This document shows positions 1-9,967 of a stretch of 64,000 nucleotides of DNA, one piece after another. How positions within the stretch are numbered: the stretch's first letter is position 1; every line of letters begins with the position of its first letter. Made by a program: the position numbers and the translations under genes. Below the pieces are notes generated by a model, which was given only the letters and a program-made list of their open reading frames with translations, was not told the origin of the DNA and made no database searches. The stretch spans positions 124,001 to 188,000 of IMG/VR virus record IMGVR_UViG_3300027754_000034, one strand, 5' to 3'.

Positions 1-377
1 GGATCTCTTAATGATTCTAAGGTGACGCCTTCCCAAAAATCTTCATTGATTCGGTTCAGTACCCACGGGATTCCTTTATTAAGTTGCATGGGGCCAAAAG
101 CATTGCACTTTTTTTCCTTGCTCATCCCGTTAAAAAAACAATCTCCGTCAGGAGAATCTGGTCGATGTCTGGATTCTTCATATCCGATGGTAGCCAGTAA
201 AATGGGGTCGATATCTGGAGAGACTATCTTGCCCTCTCGTCCGACTTCCAAGTAATGTTCTGCCATCTCCCGAGCACCATTCAAATACTTGGCGTTTCGA
301 GCAGACCCGTCTTCAATGTTAGGATACTCATATGCCACCATCTTCAAAATGACAGCAAGAAATACTTTGAAATCCAT
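1..377 (-). CDS. Lytic transglycosylase (SLT-like) protein, runs off the window edge
   Basis: My translation from ATG 377: MDFKVFLAVILKMVAY...DPILLATIGYEESR...AFGPMQLN; ES catalytic motif and GxMQ motif of SLT/lysozyme-like fold. Confidence 0.65.
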   Translation of the reverse strand, partial: MDFKVFLAVILKMVAYEYPNIEDGSARNAKYLNGAREMAEHYLEVGREGKIVSPDIDPILLATIGYEESRHRPDSPDGDCFFNGMSKEKKCNAFGPMQLNKGIPWVLNRINEDFWEGVTLESLRD

Positions 378-406
378 AGTTCCTCTTAGTAGTTAGGTTG
401 TTTTAT

Positions 407-889
407 TTATTGTTTATGTAAACGAGCCATTACATTAATGAATGGTTCATAATCTAAGTATAGACTGTGTTGTATCTGTCTAGTTATTTTGTTGCAATCC
501 TGGGTTCCCACGTAGTGAAATCTTTCGTCATTTTCGTTTCCCTTAAACAGAGTCCATACTCCTATTATATTTGAAATTGGATCTATATACTCGAGTTTCA
601 TCCGGAAAATTCCAGGGAACTTGCTACGAATAGCCTGCACAATCTTCAGACTCGGTCGTGAAGATTCATAATTTCCTATTACCCTTTGATACATCTTATT
701 ATTTATTTTTACATTTTCTCTGTCGATGTCGATTGGACCTGGGTCCTTCTCCACATCCCAATTCATGTATGTATCATGTCCAATAGTTTCCGGGAATAAA
801 TGGGGTAACATAAACTGCGACCTATCAATCGCATCAATATCAGGTTCAGACCCGATAAAGATAAACCTATTGTAGCACCATCCAGACAT
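407..889 (-). CDS. YubB/DUF1281(Api92)-like ferredoxin-fold protein
   Basis: MSGWCYN start and NWD motif; paralogous to 4455..5216. Confidence 0.5.
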   Translation of the reverse strand: MSGWCYNRFIFIGSEPDIDAIDRSQFMLPHLFPETIGHDTYMNWDVEKDPGPIDIDRENVKINNKMYQRVIGNYESSRPSLKIVQAIRSKFPGIFRMKLEYIDPISNIIGVWTLFKGNENDERFHYVGTQDCNKITRQIQHSLYLDYEPFINVMARLHKQ

Positions 890-1041
890 TTCTATATTGC
901 ACCGGTTAATTTTTTAATTTTCCTAAACCTCGATTTTTGCTGACTTGAATCGGATCAAATCAGCAGAAAATATTTGTACCTCCGTAGTGCGCTCTGTGTG
1001 GACCGTCACGGAGCTTGTGCCCTGGCATTACCTTGGGTCGG

Positions 1042-1347
1042 TCAGCTAATTCCCAAGCGGTCGGCTTCGGCTTGGGTCAAGCCCATCGAGACCATAACGA
1101 GCGACGCTTCCAACTCCCCCCGGACTGACCCGAATGCATTGAGAATGATCCGCGAACGGACGGACTGATGAAGGTCGTCGAACTTGGACCAAATGACGAA
1201 CAAGTGCGTACAACGCGGCCTCACTCGCCTAATCAATATAATGGGCTCTGGGTTGTCGGTGGGTTCTCGAAGCTCGGCTTCGAGAACCATTTGGAGTTCT
1301 GGCTCCTCGGGTAGGGGGGTATATATCAGGTGGTCTCGGACTGGCAT
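1042..1347 (-). CDS. BolA-like small protein
   Basis: VIWSKFDDL..SVRSRII..A...MGLTxxE pattern; GGAG RBS; GC-richer than flanks. Confidence 0.35.
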   Translation of the reverse strand: MPVRDHLIYTPLPEEPELQMVLEAELREPTDNPEPIILIRRVRPRCTHLFVIWSKFDDLHQSVRSRIILNAFGSVRGELEASLVMVSMGLTQAEADRLGIS

Positions 1348-1446
1348 TTTTATGTCTCCGGTTGTGGTGGCATCATCAAAAGCGGTATGCCATTGAAGTT
1401 TTCTACTTACATGTCTGCATGGACATGATTTTAAAAAAATACATTC

Positions 1447-1872
1447 CTAATGCAATTTGACTACTTCTACTGGTGTTCCCCATATATCTCTTCCTGTGTC
1501 TCCGCTTATAACAAGGCAGTCAAACCCTAACTTTTTAAGCTCAGGCAGAGACTCTTCTATTACTAAAGCTATATCACCCATCACTTCTAGCGGTTTACTC
1601 AGCGATTCTATGAATTCCAGATGATTTGGATTATCTAAATCCAGGAACGCAATTTTCGAACAATTGGGGAGTTTATGTTCCTCAGGAACTCCATAAAATT
1701 CTGCGCCTTCAAAATCTGTGTGATAGTAAGTCCCACTTAAAAGAGACGACGAGCTACCGCTCCTCCATAGCTTCCCGTCCCACTCCTGGTCATAAGCTTT
1801 ATAAGCTTTTTCTATTAATTGTCTTAAATTAGAAAAAGAAAAATTTGTTGGAATACTTAATTTATTTAGCAC
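1447..1872 (-). CDS. Possible ADP-ribosyltransferase-fold protein
   Basis: LWRSG...GTYYHTD...AEFYG...KLGFDCLV...EVV resembles phage ART-fold domains. Confidence 0.35.
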   Translation of the reverse strand: MLNKLSIPTNFSFSNLRQLIEKAYKAYDQEWDGKLWRSGSSSSLLSGTYYHTDFEGAEFYGVPEEHKLPNCSKIAFLDLDNPNHLEFIESLSKPLEVMGDIALVIEESLPELKKLGFDCLVISGDTGRDIWGTPVEVVKLH

Positions 1873-1932
1873 AATTTAACTCAAAATTACATGTAATTGT
1901 ACCATTCATAGTATGAACCCCGAGGCTTCGCT

Positions 1933-3234
1933 TCATGGCGCCTCGAGCGCGCGATCGATCACGGCGTCGCTCCACCTGAGCACGTGCTCGGGGTCGAAAC
2001 AGGCCGCCAGGGCTGCGGGTGTGAGAACCCGCACGACGTCGGGATCGGCCGCTAACAGCGTTTGAAACTCGCCATGCCCTTCGAACGAACGCATTGCCGA
2101 GCGTTGCACGACGACGTAGGCGTCCTGGCGCGCCATGCCCCTGCGGACGAGCTCGAGAAGCACGCCTTCGCTGTAACAGCGTCCGCCCGATAACTCGAGG
2201 TTTCGCAGCATCGTCTCCCCGTAAACGACGAGCCCTTCCGCGAGCCCTGCGGCACGCTCCAGCATGAAGCCGAGGGTTGCGATTGCGTCCGGCGCAATCA
2301 TTCTCTCGACGGACGAATGCGAGATGTCGCGCTCGTGCCAGAGGGCGACATTCTCAAGCGCCGGGATGACTGCCGCCCGCACGACACGCGCGAGGCCGCA
2401 CAGGTTTTCACTTAGGATTGGATTGCGCTTGTGAGGCATTGCGCTCGAGCCTTTTTGGCCGCAGGTGAACGCTTCCTCCGCCTCGGTGACTTCGGTGCGC
2501 TGCCAGTGTCGTACGTTCGTCGCGAGGCGCTCGATCCCTGCGGCTACGAGTGCGAGCGCGGCGAAGAAGGCTGCGTGACGGTCGCGTGCGACGACTTGGG
2601 TGGACACGGTCTCGGGGCGCAGGCCGAGGGTCTCGAGTGCTTTTGCCTCGAGTTCGGGTGAGAGGTGCGCGTAACTGCCGACCGCGCCGGCAAGCTTCCC
2701 GACTGCGATCTCGTCCCGCGCGATTCGCAGTCGATGGCGGCCCCGTTTCAGTTCGGCAAGGTGGCCTGCGAGCACCATGCCGAAACGCAGGGGTTCGGCG
2801 TGGATCCCGTGGCTGCGGCCGATGATCATCGTGTTGCGGTGCTCGTCCGTGCGCTTCGCGAGTGCGGCAATAAGGCGGTCCTGCCGCACGGCGAGGAGGT
2901 CACAGGACTGGACGAGGAGCATCGCGAAGCTCGTGTCGAGCACGTCGCTCGAGGTCATGCCGAAGTGGAGCCAGCGTGCGTCGCTTCCGGCGAGCTCTTC
3001 GACGTGCGTCAAAAATGCGATCACGTCGTGCTTCGTCGTGCGTTCGATCGCATCGATGCGCTCGGGATCGAGCTTGAGCTCTTTTGCGCGAATGTTGGCC
3101 ACGGTTCCAGCGGGGACGACGCCGGCTTCCTCCATGGCCTCACACGCGGCAAGCTCGACGGCCAACCAGGCTCGAAAACGGGTGAGCGGGGACCAAAGCT
3201 CCAGAAATTCGGCAGGAGTGTAGCGGGGGATCAT
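1933..3234 (-). CDS. purB: Adenylosuccinate lyase
   Basis: MIPRY start (ATG 3234), TKHDVIAF, HFGMTSSDV, GRSHGIHAEP, signature GSSAMPHKRNP, ERDISHSSVER; markedly GC-rich. Confidence 0.97.
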   Translation of the reverse strand: MIPRYTPAEFLELWSPLTRFRAWLAVELAACEAMEEAGVVPAGTVANIRAKELKLDPERIDAIERTTKHDVIAFLTHVEELAGSDARWLHFGMTSSDVLDTSFAMLLVQSCDLLAVRQDRLIAALAKRTDEHRNTMIIGRSHGIHAEPLRFGMVLAGHLAELKRGRHRLRIARDEIAVGKLAGAVGSYAHLSPELEAKALETLGLRPETVSTQVVARDRHAAFFAALALVAAGIERLATNVRHWQRTEVTEAEEAFTCGQKGSSAMPHKRNPILSENLCGLARVVRAAVIPALENVALWHERDISHSSVERMIAPDAIATLGFMLERAAGLAEGLVVYGETMLRNLELSGGRCYSEGVLLELVRRGMARQDAYVVVQRSAMRSFEGHGEFQTLLAADPDVVRVLTPAALAACFDPEHVLRWSDAVIDRALEAP

Positions 3235-3407
3235 GGCAGGCGGACGGTGTCCCGCTCCTTCACCGCGACGTCGTGGAACGCTTTGGCACACGCAAGCTCG
3301 GCTTCCAGCAAAACGATTTTCTCGCGTAGGGCGTCACGTTCTTCGACGGCCATAACCGTCTTGCCGCACATCCGTCGAACTAACTCTTGGATGATGTCGT
3401 AACTCAT
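3231..3407 (-). CDS. 58-aa phage-type coiled-coil protein translationally coupled to purB
   Basis: My translation MSYDIIQELVRR...AKAFHDVAVKERDTVRLP*; its TGA overlaps the purB ATG (ATGA). Confidence 0.6.
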   Translation of the reverse strand: MSYDIIQELVRRMCGKTVMAVEERDALREKIVLLEAELACAKAFHDVAVKERDTVRLP

Positions 3408-3450
3408 GGCCCTATTTTACACCGGTTAGAAGGGTCAACACCCTTCTCAA

Positions 3451-4230
3451 TCACTTTAACGCTTCCCGGCACCACGACATTAGATCGCTCCAAGATTGAT
3501 CTGGATCGCTGTCGTATTCCACGACGCGCTGTAGCGCCGCTCTTGCCTCATCAAGCTCCGCTAGCGCCTCCAATTCGCGTTTCTCGGCGGCGCGTAACGC
3601 TTCGCGCATCTTCGCCATGGCGGTACCGAACTCGCTTTTTGCCGCATACCAGTCTCGCTCGTACTCGGCGGCTTTTGCTTTCGCATCGTCGCGTTCATTT
3701 TCGGCAGCGGCGGCTCGCGCGCCAAGCTCTCGGTAGCCGTCCAGCTTTTCGTTTGCGGCGCGCTCAACCATGAATGCGTAGTTGGCCCGCGCCTCGTCGC
3801 GCTCTTTTGTTAGGCGCTGGATCTCCTCCTCGTGCGCCACATTCAGCGTGTACGTCCCGGTCGGCGCGAGGCGATGCAGTTGCTCAAGTTCTTTGTGTAA
3901 CTCGTCGCGCTCTGCCCGAGCCGCACGCGCGTCGGCGCGTAGGTTACGAATGGCGTTTTCGACGTGCATCGCCGCGTGCAGGTAGCTCGTGTCGCTCCAG
4001 CCAAACTCACTGACGAGCATATGCACCAGCGTGTCGCGCTCTGCTTTCAGCGAAACGAGTTTCACCGTCGCTTCGGCAAGACGCTTTGCCATACGACCGA
4101 CTTCGCTTTCGAGTGAGCGGACGTCGGCGAGTAGCATCAATTCGACTTCCTCACTCATCTTCGGCTCCATGCATCGCGCTCGCGAGCCGCCCTCCAGCTC
4201 GGTACGCCTCGACAGCGTGAAGCAACGCAC
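3451..4230 (-). CDS. Coiled-coil phage protein (probable start near 4158, MSEEVEL)
   Basis: Repeated ERDEARA/ERDDAKA heptads; part of the GC-rich island. Confidence 0.6.
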   Translation of the reverse strand: MRCFTLSRRTELEGGSRARCMEPKMSEEVELMLLADVRSLESEVGRMAKRLAEATVKLVSLKAERDTLVHMLVSEFGWSDTSYLHAAMHVENAIRNLRADARAARAERDELHKELEQLHRLAPTGTYTLNVAHEEEIQRLTKERDEARANYAFMVERAANEKLDGYRELGARAAAAENERDDAKAKAAEYERDWYAAKSEFGTAMAKMREALRAAEKRELEALAELDEARAALQRVVEYDSDPDQSWSDLMSWCREALK

Positions 4231-4414
4231 CGGCAGCGCGGAGCGTCTCGCCCCTCTGGCTGGTTAAAAGACACTGAGCGTCCACGATTTGGTGCAAATC
4301 GCCGCCTTCGCGATCTATCGCACGCGCCCTATTTTCTATGCGGTGTAAGTCTGCTGATGCGTCGTAATATCGCTCAGCAGCGTCGATCAGTTCTTTGATA
4401 ACGTCAGGTTCCAC
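4151..4414 (-). CDS. Hypothetical protein
   Basis: AGGAG RBS before GTG; overlaps next gene. Confidence 0.5.
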   Translation of the reverse strand: MEPDVIKELIDAAERYYDASADLHRIENRARAIDREGGDLHQIVDAQCLLTSQRGETLRAAGALLHAVEAYRAGGRLASAMHGAEDE

Positions 4415-4454
4415 TTGACCACTTCTCCTGAATCACAAATGGGTCAGGTCTCAT

Positions 4455-5216
4455 TCAATTCTTCTTCTTGGCCTTGACAGCAGTCTTCTTGATAGCCTTG
4501 GAGGTCAACTTCTTCTTGGTAGCAGACTTCTTGGTAGCAGACTTCTTGGTAGCAGACTTCTTGGTAGCAGACTTCTTGGTAGCAGGCTTCTTGGTAGCAG
4601 GCTTCTTGGTAGCCTTCATAGTTCCGGATACTTTTTTAATTTCAGCATCAGCAAGAGCACGCTCGTCAGCTTCCCGTTCCAACACATATTCAGCTTCGCT
4701 TCGGGCCATTTCACTTCCAATAGTATCCGCCCAGGCTAAAAGGTCATCTCCGCTCTCATACTCGATATGATCGTCAGACCATAACCCATCACGGCCTTTG
4801 CAAAGGCCAGCCAATTTTTGTCCGGCTTCGTGATATTCACAGAATAAAGTTAACCCTTTGTCCTTATACTTCTCATATAGTAACTCCAGACCTTTATCCG
4901 GTGGTCCCCATGCAGATTCAAAGGTGGCATAAAGCTCCCATACTTTTGACTTACCTACCGGAGGGGTTACGGTTATATCCGGCTGGATATCCCACTTGGT
5001 ACCCCAGTTCTTGGTGCACCAATTCCACCAGTCTGCGCTCCCATATTTCTTCTCTAATGATTTAGCTAACTTCTTGTTCGTATTTGGTGAAGGACTCTCT
5101 CGAAGTTCAGTAGGACAAGGAAGAATGACTTCCAGAGATAACTCAAAGTCCTCGATTTCTTGAATAATCTTCTTAGGACCAGTAAGAATCAGGCTATTTT
5201 GACACCAGTTAGGCAT
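4455..5216 (-). CDS. YubB/DUF1281-like protein with histone H1-like KK[PS]AT tail
   Basis: [29 protein letters not shown]; C-terminal Lys-rich pentamer repeats. Confidence 0.75.
   Translation of the reverse strand: MPNWCQNSLILTGPKKIIQEIEDFELSLEVILPCPTELRESPSPNTNKKLAKSLEKKYGSADWWNWCTKNWGTKWDIQPDITVTPPVGKSKVWELYATFESAWGPPDKGLELLYEKYKDKGLTLFCEYHEAGQKLAGLCKGRDGLWSDDHIEYESGDDLLAWADTIGSEMARSEAEYVLEREADERALADAEIKKVSGTMKATKKPATKKPATKKSATKKSATKKSATKKSATKKKLTSKAIKKTAVKAKKKN
4513..4615. repeat. 15-bp tandem repeat (cttcttggtagcag[a/g]) encoding KK[SP]AT
   Basis: About 6-7 consecutive units visible. Confidence 0.85.
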
Positions 5217-5222
5217 AATTCT

Positions 5223-5525
5223 TCACTTCTTAGCCGTCTTGAGGACCGATTTCTTACGGGGCTTTTTAGGTGCAGACTCCTGCTTCTTCGGGATGTCGCC
5301 CAAGTTAGACATGGACCTTGGGCGAAAAATTGATTCTCCCATGAGAGTCAGGTCGTGTTCGAACACGGGGGCGTAAACGCGCTTCATGATATCCCATGAT
5401 GATTTATTTACGGGTTCAAACCCGGCATCGCGCAGGAGTTTACGTGCCTGTCGAAGTGTCAGCCCTCCCAGAAGTGCTGCGTACGTGATTGCTCTCTCTG
5501 CCGGTTCCTTATTGCGGGTCTTCAT
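5223..5525 (-). CDS. Hypothetical basic protein
   Basis: GAGGAG RBS, operon-like overlap. Confidence 0.55.
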   Translation of the reverse strand: MKTRNKEPAERAITYAALLGGLTLRQARKLLRDAGFEPVNKSSWDIMKRVYAPVFEHDLTLMGESIFRPRSMSNLGDIPKKQESAPKKPRKKSVLKTAKK

Positions 5526-5769
5526 GATTTCTCTCCTCAGTCTCGTTTACTTCGTAAATCACCGGGATTGGTTCTTTACCAGTTATGCTCGGATTCTTGT
5601 TAAACACACCTGGATCACTCGTACGAGGTCCGAATTTCTTCTTCAAGTAATTGTAATGCTCGGCAGATTCTACGGCCCGCATGATTTGTTCTGCTTGCTC
5701 TTGTTCCTTCACTGCCTTATTAAATGGATTTTCCCACTTTCCGCGGTTGTTATCCTTCACCTTATCCAC
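5509..5769 (-). CDS. Hypothetical protein
   Basis: Overlapping operon arrangement. Confidence 0.45.
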   Translation of the reverse strand: MDKVKDNNRGKWENPFNKAVKEQEQAEQIMRAVESAEHYNYLKKKFGPRTSDPGVFNKNPSITGKEPIPVIYEVNETEERNHEDPQ

Positions 5770-5983
5770 TCTTTCCTATTATTAAGTTCTTCCAACACTC
5801 GGTTCAGCTTCTTGAGTCTTGCTTCATGAAGCGACGGATGACTGATTGGAGCCAGGAGAGAAAACTTCAAAATGGTGGATTTAAGAGATTCAATCACTTC
5901 ATCCAAGATTTTCATCTGGCTTCCCCGGCTAATACTTCCATTCATCGGTCCGCTACGAGTCGTATTATGAGAGTACGGCGGGT

Positions 5984-6184
5984 TCATGATTTCTCTACCA
6001 TCAATTCATTCAAACTCATTCCGGTTATCATCTTCATGATGCGGTCTAAATCCTCAATGAAAATTTGATCCTCTTGATATAGTTCCTCCAGTAATTGAAA
6101 CATCAAGGATTTCTTTTCCGATAAACTTAGAGAGGAAATTGGGTTCAATGTTACCTCCTCATTAATCCGCTGATAACGAACCAT
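5984..6184 (-). CDS. Hypothetical protein
   Basis: ORF track; strand and packing consistent. Confidence 0.45.
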   Translation of the reverse strand: MVRYQRINEEVTLNPISSLSLSEKKSLMFQLLEELYQEDQIFIEDLDRIMKMITGMSLNELMVEKS

Positions 6185-6223
6185 ATTATGTATTTGGTGA
6201 ATATATAACTGATATAAGTAAAA

Positions 6224-6267
6224 AACTTCCCCTCCACCGAAGGGTATCCTACGATGGAGGGGAAGTT
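6224..6267 (-). terminator. Rho-independent terminator
   Basis: aacttcccctcca...tggaggggaagtt stem with minus-strand U tract, just after 6288..6974. Confidence 0.7.
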
Positions 6268-6287
6268 CCGCCCACGCCTGGACGGAA

Positions 6288-6974
6288 TCAGAATTTCAGG
6301 CCAGGCTGCGCTCGGCTGACTGCCTGGACGAGGATGGTTCGAATCTCATCAGGAGCTTGGGTTTCCTGCTGCTCGAAATCATCACGGGTAGTGACCTTAG
6401 TGTCGACCTCGAAGAGCGCCTCCATAGCGCTATCCAAGGCTTCACCCTGCAGACCCAACTCAGAGAAGATATTACGAACCATCCCCTCCGCATCTGGACG
6501 CAGCTTCTTAGTCACGTCGAACTTGAAGAGCCGCTCATTCCAACCACCGAGAGCGTCCCGATTGTTCAACACCACATCACGGGCCACCGAGTATTTGTTG
6601 GAGCAGATGACGCTCACGTACTTGGTTTCGGGACCCTCGGGAGTCTCTACTGAGTAGGGTACTCCAACCGTTGTGACATTAGCCTTGTAAGTGTCGTTAT
6701 AAACCTTGCGCTTATCACGACCATAATCGCGAAGCTCTGCCTGCACGATTTCGAAATCGGACTGGGCACGCTCCAAAGCTTCTTTGAGTTTCGCCCCGTA
6801 GGCTGCTTTCTCATGGAAGTTCGGGTCTTGGCCCAGCTTCACTGTCGCCTTATCCCGCTTAGCCCCTGCAATCGCAGGGTCGGTCACTTGGATCGTCAGA
6901 CTCGGGGCCTGGGGAGCGGGCTTCTTCTGTGCGAGGTTACGGAGGGCTTCAATAGCAGAGGTCTTGTTTTCCAT
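6288..6974 (-). CDS. Conserved-looking phage protein of unknown function
   Basis: 228 aa, GGAG RBS, promoter motif upstream (7105), terminator downstream. Confidence 0.7.
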   Translation of the reverse strand: MENKTSAIEALRNLAQKKPAPQAPSLTIQVTDPAIAGAKRDKATVKLGQDPNFHEKAAYGAKLKEALERAQSDFEIVQAELRDYGRDKRKVYNDTYKANVTTVGVPYSVETPEGPETKYVSVICSNKYSVARDVVLNNRDALGGWNERLFKFDVTKKLRPDAEGMVRNIFSELGLQGEALDSAMEALFEVDTKVTTRDDFEQQETQAPDEIRTILVQAVSRAQPGLKF

Positions 6975-7104
6975 AGTCAGTTTCTCCGAGGGTCTGTAAA
7001 GAGCACCGGAAGTGGGGTTTATCAGGTCAGCTTATTCTGCCCAATTATCCCAAATCGTGTGTCCACGTCGCCTGTGCGGTCGCTGGTCGCCAGCGCCAAT
7101 CAGT

Positions 7105-7129
7105 AGACGCTGCCGCGCTGCCGATTTTC
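7105..7129 (-). promoter_or_regulatory. ECF-like promoter motif, variant GAAAA-N15-CGTCT
   Basis: plus strand agacg-15nt-ttttc; same variant at 28080. Confidence 0.55.
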
Positions 7130-7289
7130 GCTGTCGCTTTAGAAATTTACATTTAAAACTGGTTTTTTCAATAACCCATCATTAATACTGACGGAGCCGA
7201 AACCTAAATACTGAGGGTAGGTCATCCCGAGAACCATTCGTAATCCGCCAAAGTAACTCTTTAATACTTTTACTTTCGGCATACTTGGG

Positions 7290-7361
7290 CTCCGGGGGTA
7301 CGGATCGAACGTACGACCAGTGCATTAACAGTGCACCGCTCTACCACTGAGCTACCCCGGA
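7290..7361 (-). tRNA. tRNA-Asn(GUU)
   Basis: TCCGGGG/CCCCGGA acceptor, GTGCA-CTGTTAA-TGCAC anticodon arm, GTTCGATCC T-loop. Confidence 0.93.
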
Positions 7362-7387
7362 ATTTAATTCACCGTACCAACAAAATG

Positions 7388-7421
7388 AAAAAGGCGACCC
7401 CGGATAACCAAGGTCGCCTTT
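7388..7421 (-). terminator. Rho-independent terminator
   Basis: aaaggcgacc...ggtcgccttt. Confidence 0.65.
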
Positions 7422-7443
7422 CCTATCAGTCAGTTCGAGTTAA

Positions 7444-7848
7444 TCAGAAATGATTATCCTCGTTGTGGTCGTGCGACGGGTACTGGAGGGTATCAGTCTC
7501 GTTCTCCCCGCGCACATAATCGACCTGTACGCCTCCACGGTCGGTGCGTGGAAAACGCTTCCGGTAACCACCGGAAGATCGACCATCGTTCATCTTGAAC
7601 TTCAGGTAAACGGGAGCGGTGGTCTTCCCTTCTTCTGGAATGTTGCTAATCGCAACCAGCTTGAATGGCCCGAGTTCGACCTCGAAAACCATTGCTTCTC
7701 CGTCGCGGACGGAGATGATACGTCCATCTACGGTCGACTCGTAAACCACTTCATTGTAACGCGGATTTGAACTCTGATTCTGATTCTGATTCTGATTCTG
7801 ATTGGAATACTGATTCTGATTCTGATTGGGATACTGATTCGGGTACAT
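7444..7848 (-). CDS. Protein with Q/N/Y-rich low-complexity N-terminus and acidic C-terminus
   Basis: MYPNQYPNQNQNQYSNQNQNQNQNQ; hexamer ctgatt repeats at about 7774-7840. Confidence 0.7.
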   Translation of the reverse strand: MYPNQYPNQNQNQYSNQNQNQNQNQSSNPRYNEVVYESTVDGRIISVRDGEAMVFEVELGPFKLVAISNIPEEGKTTAPVYLKFKMNDGRSSGGYRKRFPRTDRGGVQVDYVRGENETDTLQYPSHDHNEDNHF

Positions 7849-8066
7849 TTTTTCTTCTTTCTAGTAAGGGGATTTCCCCATAATTATGGTGTCTGATTTC
7901 TGGCCTGAATTACACTGGAGTCCAGTGTTGATATAAACTTTACCTGCTTAGGAAGGTGTTCGTTTATATATGTGTCATACTCCTATAATATCACATATAT
8001 GTGAGTATGCTTGGTATAAATCCTCCGATTTCTTACACTTGAAGGACGTATCGTCCCCGATAATTT

Positions 8067-8528
8067 TCATGCTTCGTGGACTTTATTAATTAAACGAATC
8101 TTCCGGCATGCAGAAAGAAAAGAGCTTTTTGTCGTCTTCCACCACCAAGTCTTTTCTAAATAACCTTTACTCAGCATGACTTTTACCATCTCTTGATCGA
8201 GAGTATATGAATACATCTTAGATCTGTCGAATTCGTCTGGTATGATATTTAGTCCCTGTAGGATTACTTCATCCATGAAACCGGCACCGAACTTTTTAAT
8301 ACACTTATCGATATAACCAAGATGATTAACAATCACCCTCATTACTTTTTCCCTGGATGAACTCCCACTAGTAAGTTCCGCCAGGCGATCTGCGCCGATT
8401 TTATTTAGCACTTCGTTAATCTGTTGATGAATTGGTGATAAATAATCAATGCGAGATAAGAATGAAATTGCACAGGCTTCCCCTGCGCCCTTCATAAATT
8501 TGTCATTCCAATATCCACTATTTGCCAT
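8067..8528 (-). CDS. Hypothetical protein with shared C-terminal tag
   Basis: Ends RLINKVHEA*. Confidence 0.65.
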   Translation of the reverse strand: MANSGYWNDKFMKGAGEACAISFLSRIDYLSPIHQQINEVLNKIGADRLAELTSGSSSREKVMRVIVNHLGYIDKCIKKFGAGFMDEVILQGLNIIPDEFDRSKMYSYTLDQEMVKVMLSKGYLEKTWWWKTTKSSFLSACRKIRLINKVHEA

Positions 8529-8553
8529 GTTATTTGCCTTGTAAAGTAATGAT

Positions 8554-8748
8554 ATGAAGTTTATGGTCCGTTATGACTTGAATGGAAACGTGAAAGAAAA
8601 TATACTGGATATTCCTGCTAATAAATATTGGAGTTCACAGAAAATTTTAAGAGTAGCCTCGGAGTCTCTTCTGCAATTAGTGGGTCATCACACTCTTCTA
8701 AGAGTGAAATCACTCAATGAGTCGGATCCAGTTGCAGCTGAATTATGA
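8554..8748 (+). CDS. Small hypothetical protein, probably leaderless
   Basis: G-TAAAGT 6 nt before ATG. Confidence 0.45.
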   Translation: MKFMVRYDLNGNVKENILDIPANKYWSSQKILRVASESLLQLVGHHTLLRVKSLNESDPVAAEL

Positions 8749-9069
8749 TTCCATCACATCATGAATACTGAAGTAGTCGTTAATACTTGCGGCGTCTTGG
8801 GGATTCATCTGTGCCACTGACTTTGGGAATTTCCTAGCGAATGCTTGAATTTCCTCGATCTCTATCCTATACTCATTATATAATTTTGCTAGATTTATTA
8901 CCTCCTGCACTGAAAATTTATTAAGTATTCTCTTCCTACCACCCCACTTACCAGATGCAGAAAAAAATTCTGTAAAATTACTATGATTCTTTTTCGTTCT
9001 TTTCTCTGGTAATCCAGGAGAGAATGAATCGAAATCGTAGTTATGAAATATTATCTTTCGCTGTGACAT
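8743..9069 (-). CDS. Hypothetical protein with shared C-terminal tag
   Basis: Ends SIHDVMES*. Confidence 0.65.
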   Translation of the reverse strand: MSQRKIIFHNYDFDSFSPGLPEKRTKKNHSNFTEFFSASGKWGGRKRILNKFSVQEVINLAKLYNEYRIEIEEIQAFARKFPKSVAQMNPQDAASINDYFSIHDVMES

Positions 9070-9103
9070 GGGACGTATATCATGAAGATTCTGGTTACAT
9101 ATC

Positions 9104-9150
9104 CTGAGGATTCGGGTGGGTATTCATTTTAACCCCACCCGAATCCTCAG
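9104..9150. terminator. 17-bp stem hairpin after 9152..9967
   Basis: ctgaggattcgggtggg...cccacccgaatcctcag. Confidence 0.65.
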
Positions 9151-9151
9151 A

Positions 9152-9967
9152 TCAGCCACCGCTCATCCCACCAAACCACTCTGGGGTGATTTTGTGGGAC
9201 CCCTTCGGCGTCTTGATGTAGAGTCCATTGTAAAACTCCACCAAGAGCTGAGCCAAGAACAAACGGTGCTTCTTAGGTACGATAGTCGCCTTCTTCGGGT
9301 ATCTCGTCATATGAACACCATCTTGGCCCCTCAGACGGTTCCAGAAGGACCAGCTGAAATCGGCCTTCTTGATCCACATACCGTAGGACTCCGGGTTATC
9401 GGTAAGCTCGTAAAGCTCCACCGCCGAGATTGACTCTCGGAGAGCTGATGCCAGCTTCTCATATCCGAGTGCCCCTATGGCGTCGGTGCAAGCCGCATGC
9501 ACCGGGGTGCGACGATTGAGAGAAGCCGTACGGGTTAAGCCGTTGACGAGGCCACGATTCCCCTTCGGCTTATACTTCTTGACGAGGTAGTCTACAAGCT
9601 CGGGGTACTCAGCCAAAGCCATCATGGCCTCAACATCATCCTTGGGTTCCACTTCCTCCTTGTAACCCTTCTTGGAGCATATAGGGCCGATACCCCGCTC
9701 AACAGACTCCGAATCCGTGAGGGGTTGCCCACAATGGGCACATGAGGTGCAAATTCCCTCGAGCACTAGCTGGTAGCGGCTACCACCGCTGAAGTAGCTA
9801 CTCGCGACGGGGACCAGGACGGGTCCGGTCACGAGGGTCATCTGAGTCATGGGGGTAGCCTCTTCTGGCGTGGTGGTGGTGGTGCTTTCGATCGGAATTG
9901 TGTTCATGGGTACCTCATCATTAAACATTTCGTCCATCATATCAATAATGTTCTTCATTGCGCTCAT
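9152..9967 (-). CDS. DUF6011-like Zn-ribbon protein
   Basis: CAHCGQPLTDSESVERGIGPICSKK. Confidence 0.7.
   Translation of the reverse strand: MSAMKNIIDMMDEMFNDEVPMNTIPIESTTTTTPEEATPMTQMTLVTGPVLVPVASSYFSGGSRYQLVLEGICTSCAHCGQPLTDSESVERGIGPICSKKGYKEEVEPKDDVEAMMALAEYPELVDYLVKKYKPKGNRGLVNGLTRTASLNRRTPVHAACTDAIGALGYEKLASALRESISAVELYELTDNPESYGMWIKKADFSWSFWNRLRGQDGVHMTRYPKKATIVPKKHRLFLAQLLVEFYNGLYIKTPKGSHKITPEWFGGMSGG

Noticed and set aside
2431-4267. Many plus-strand ORFs over the GC-rich island
   Set aside because: Shadow ORFs of purB and the coiled-coil gene, caused by stop-codon scarcity
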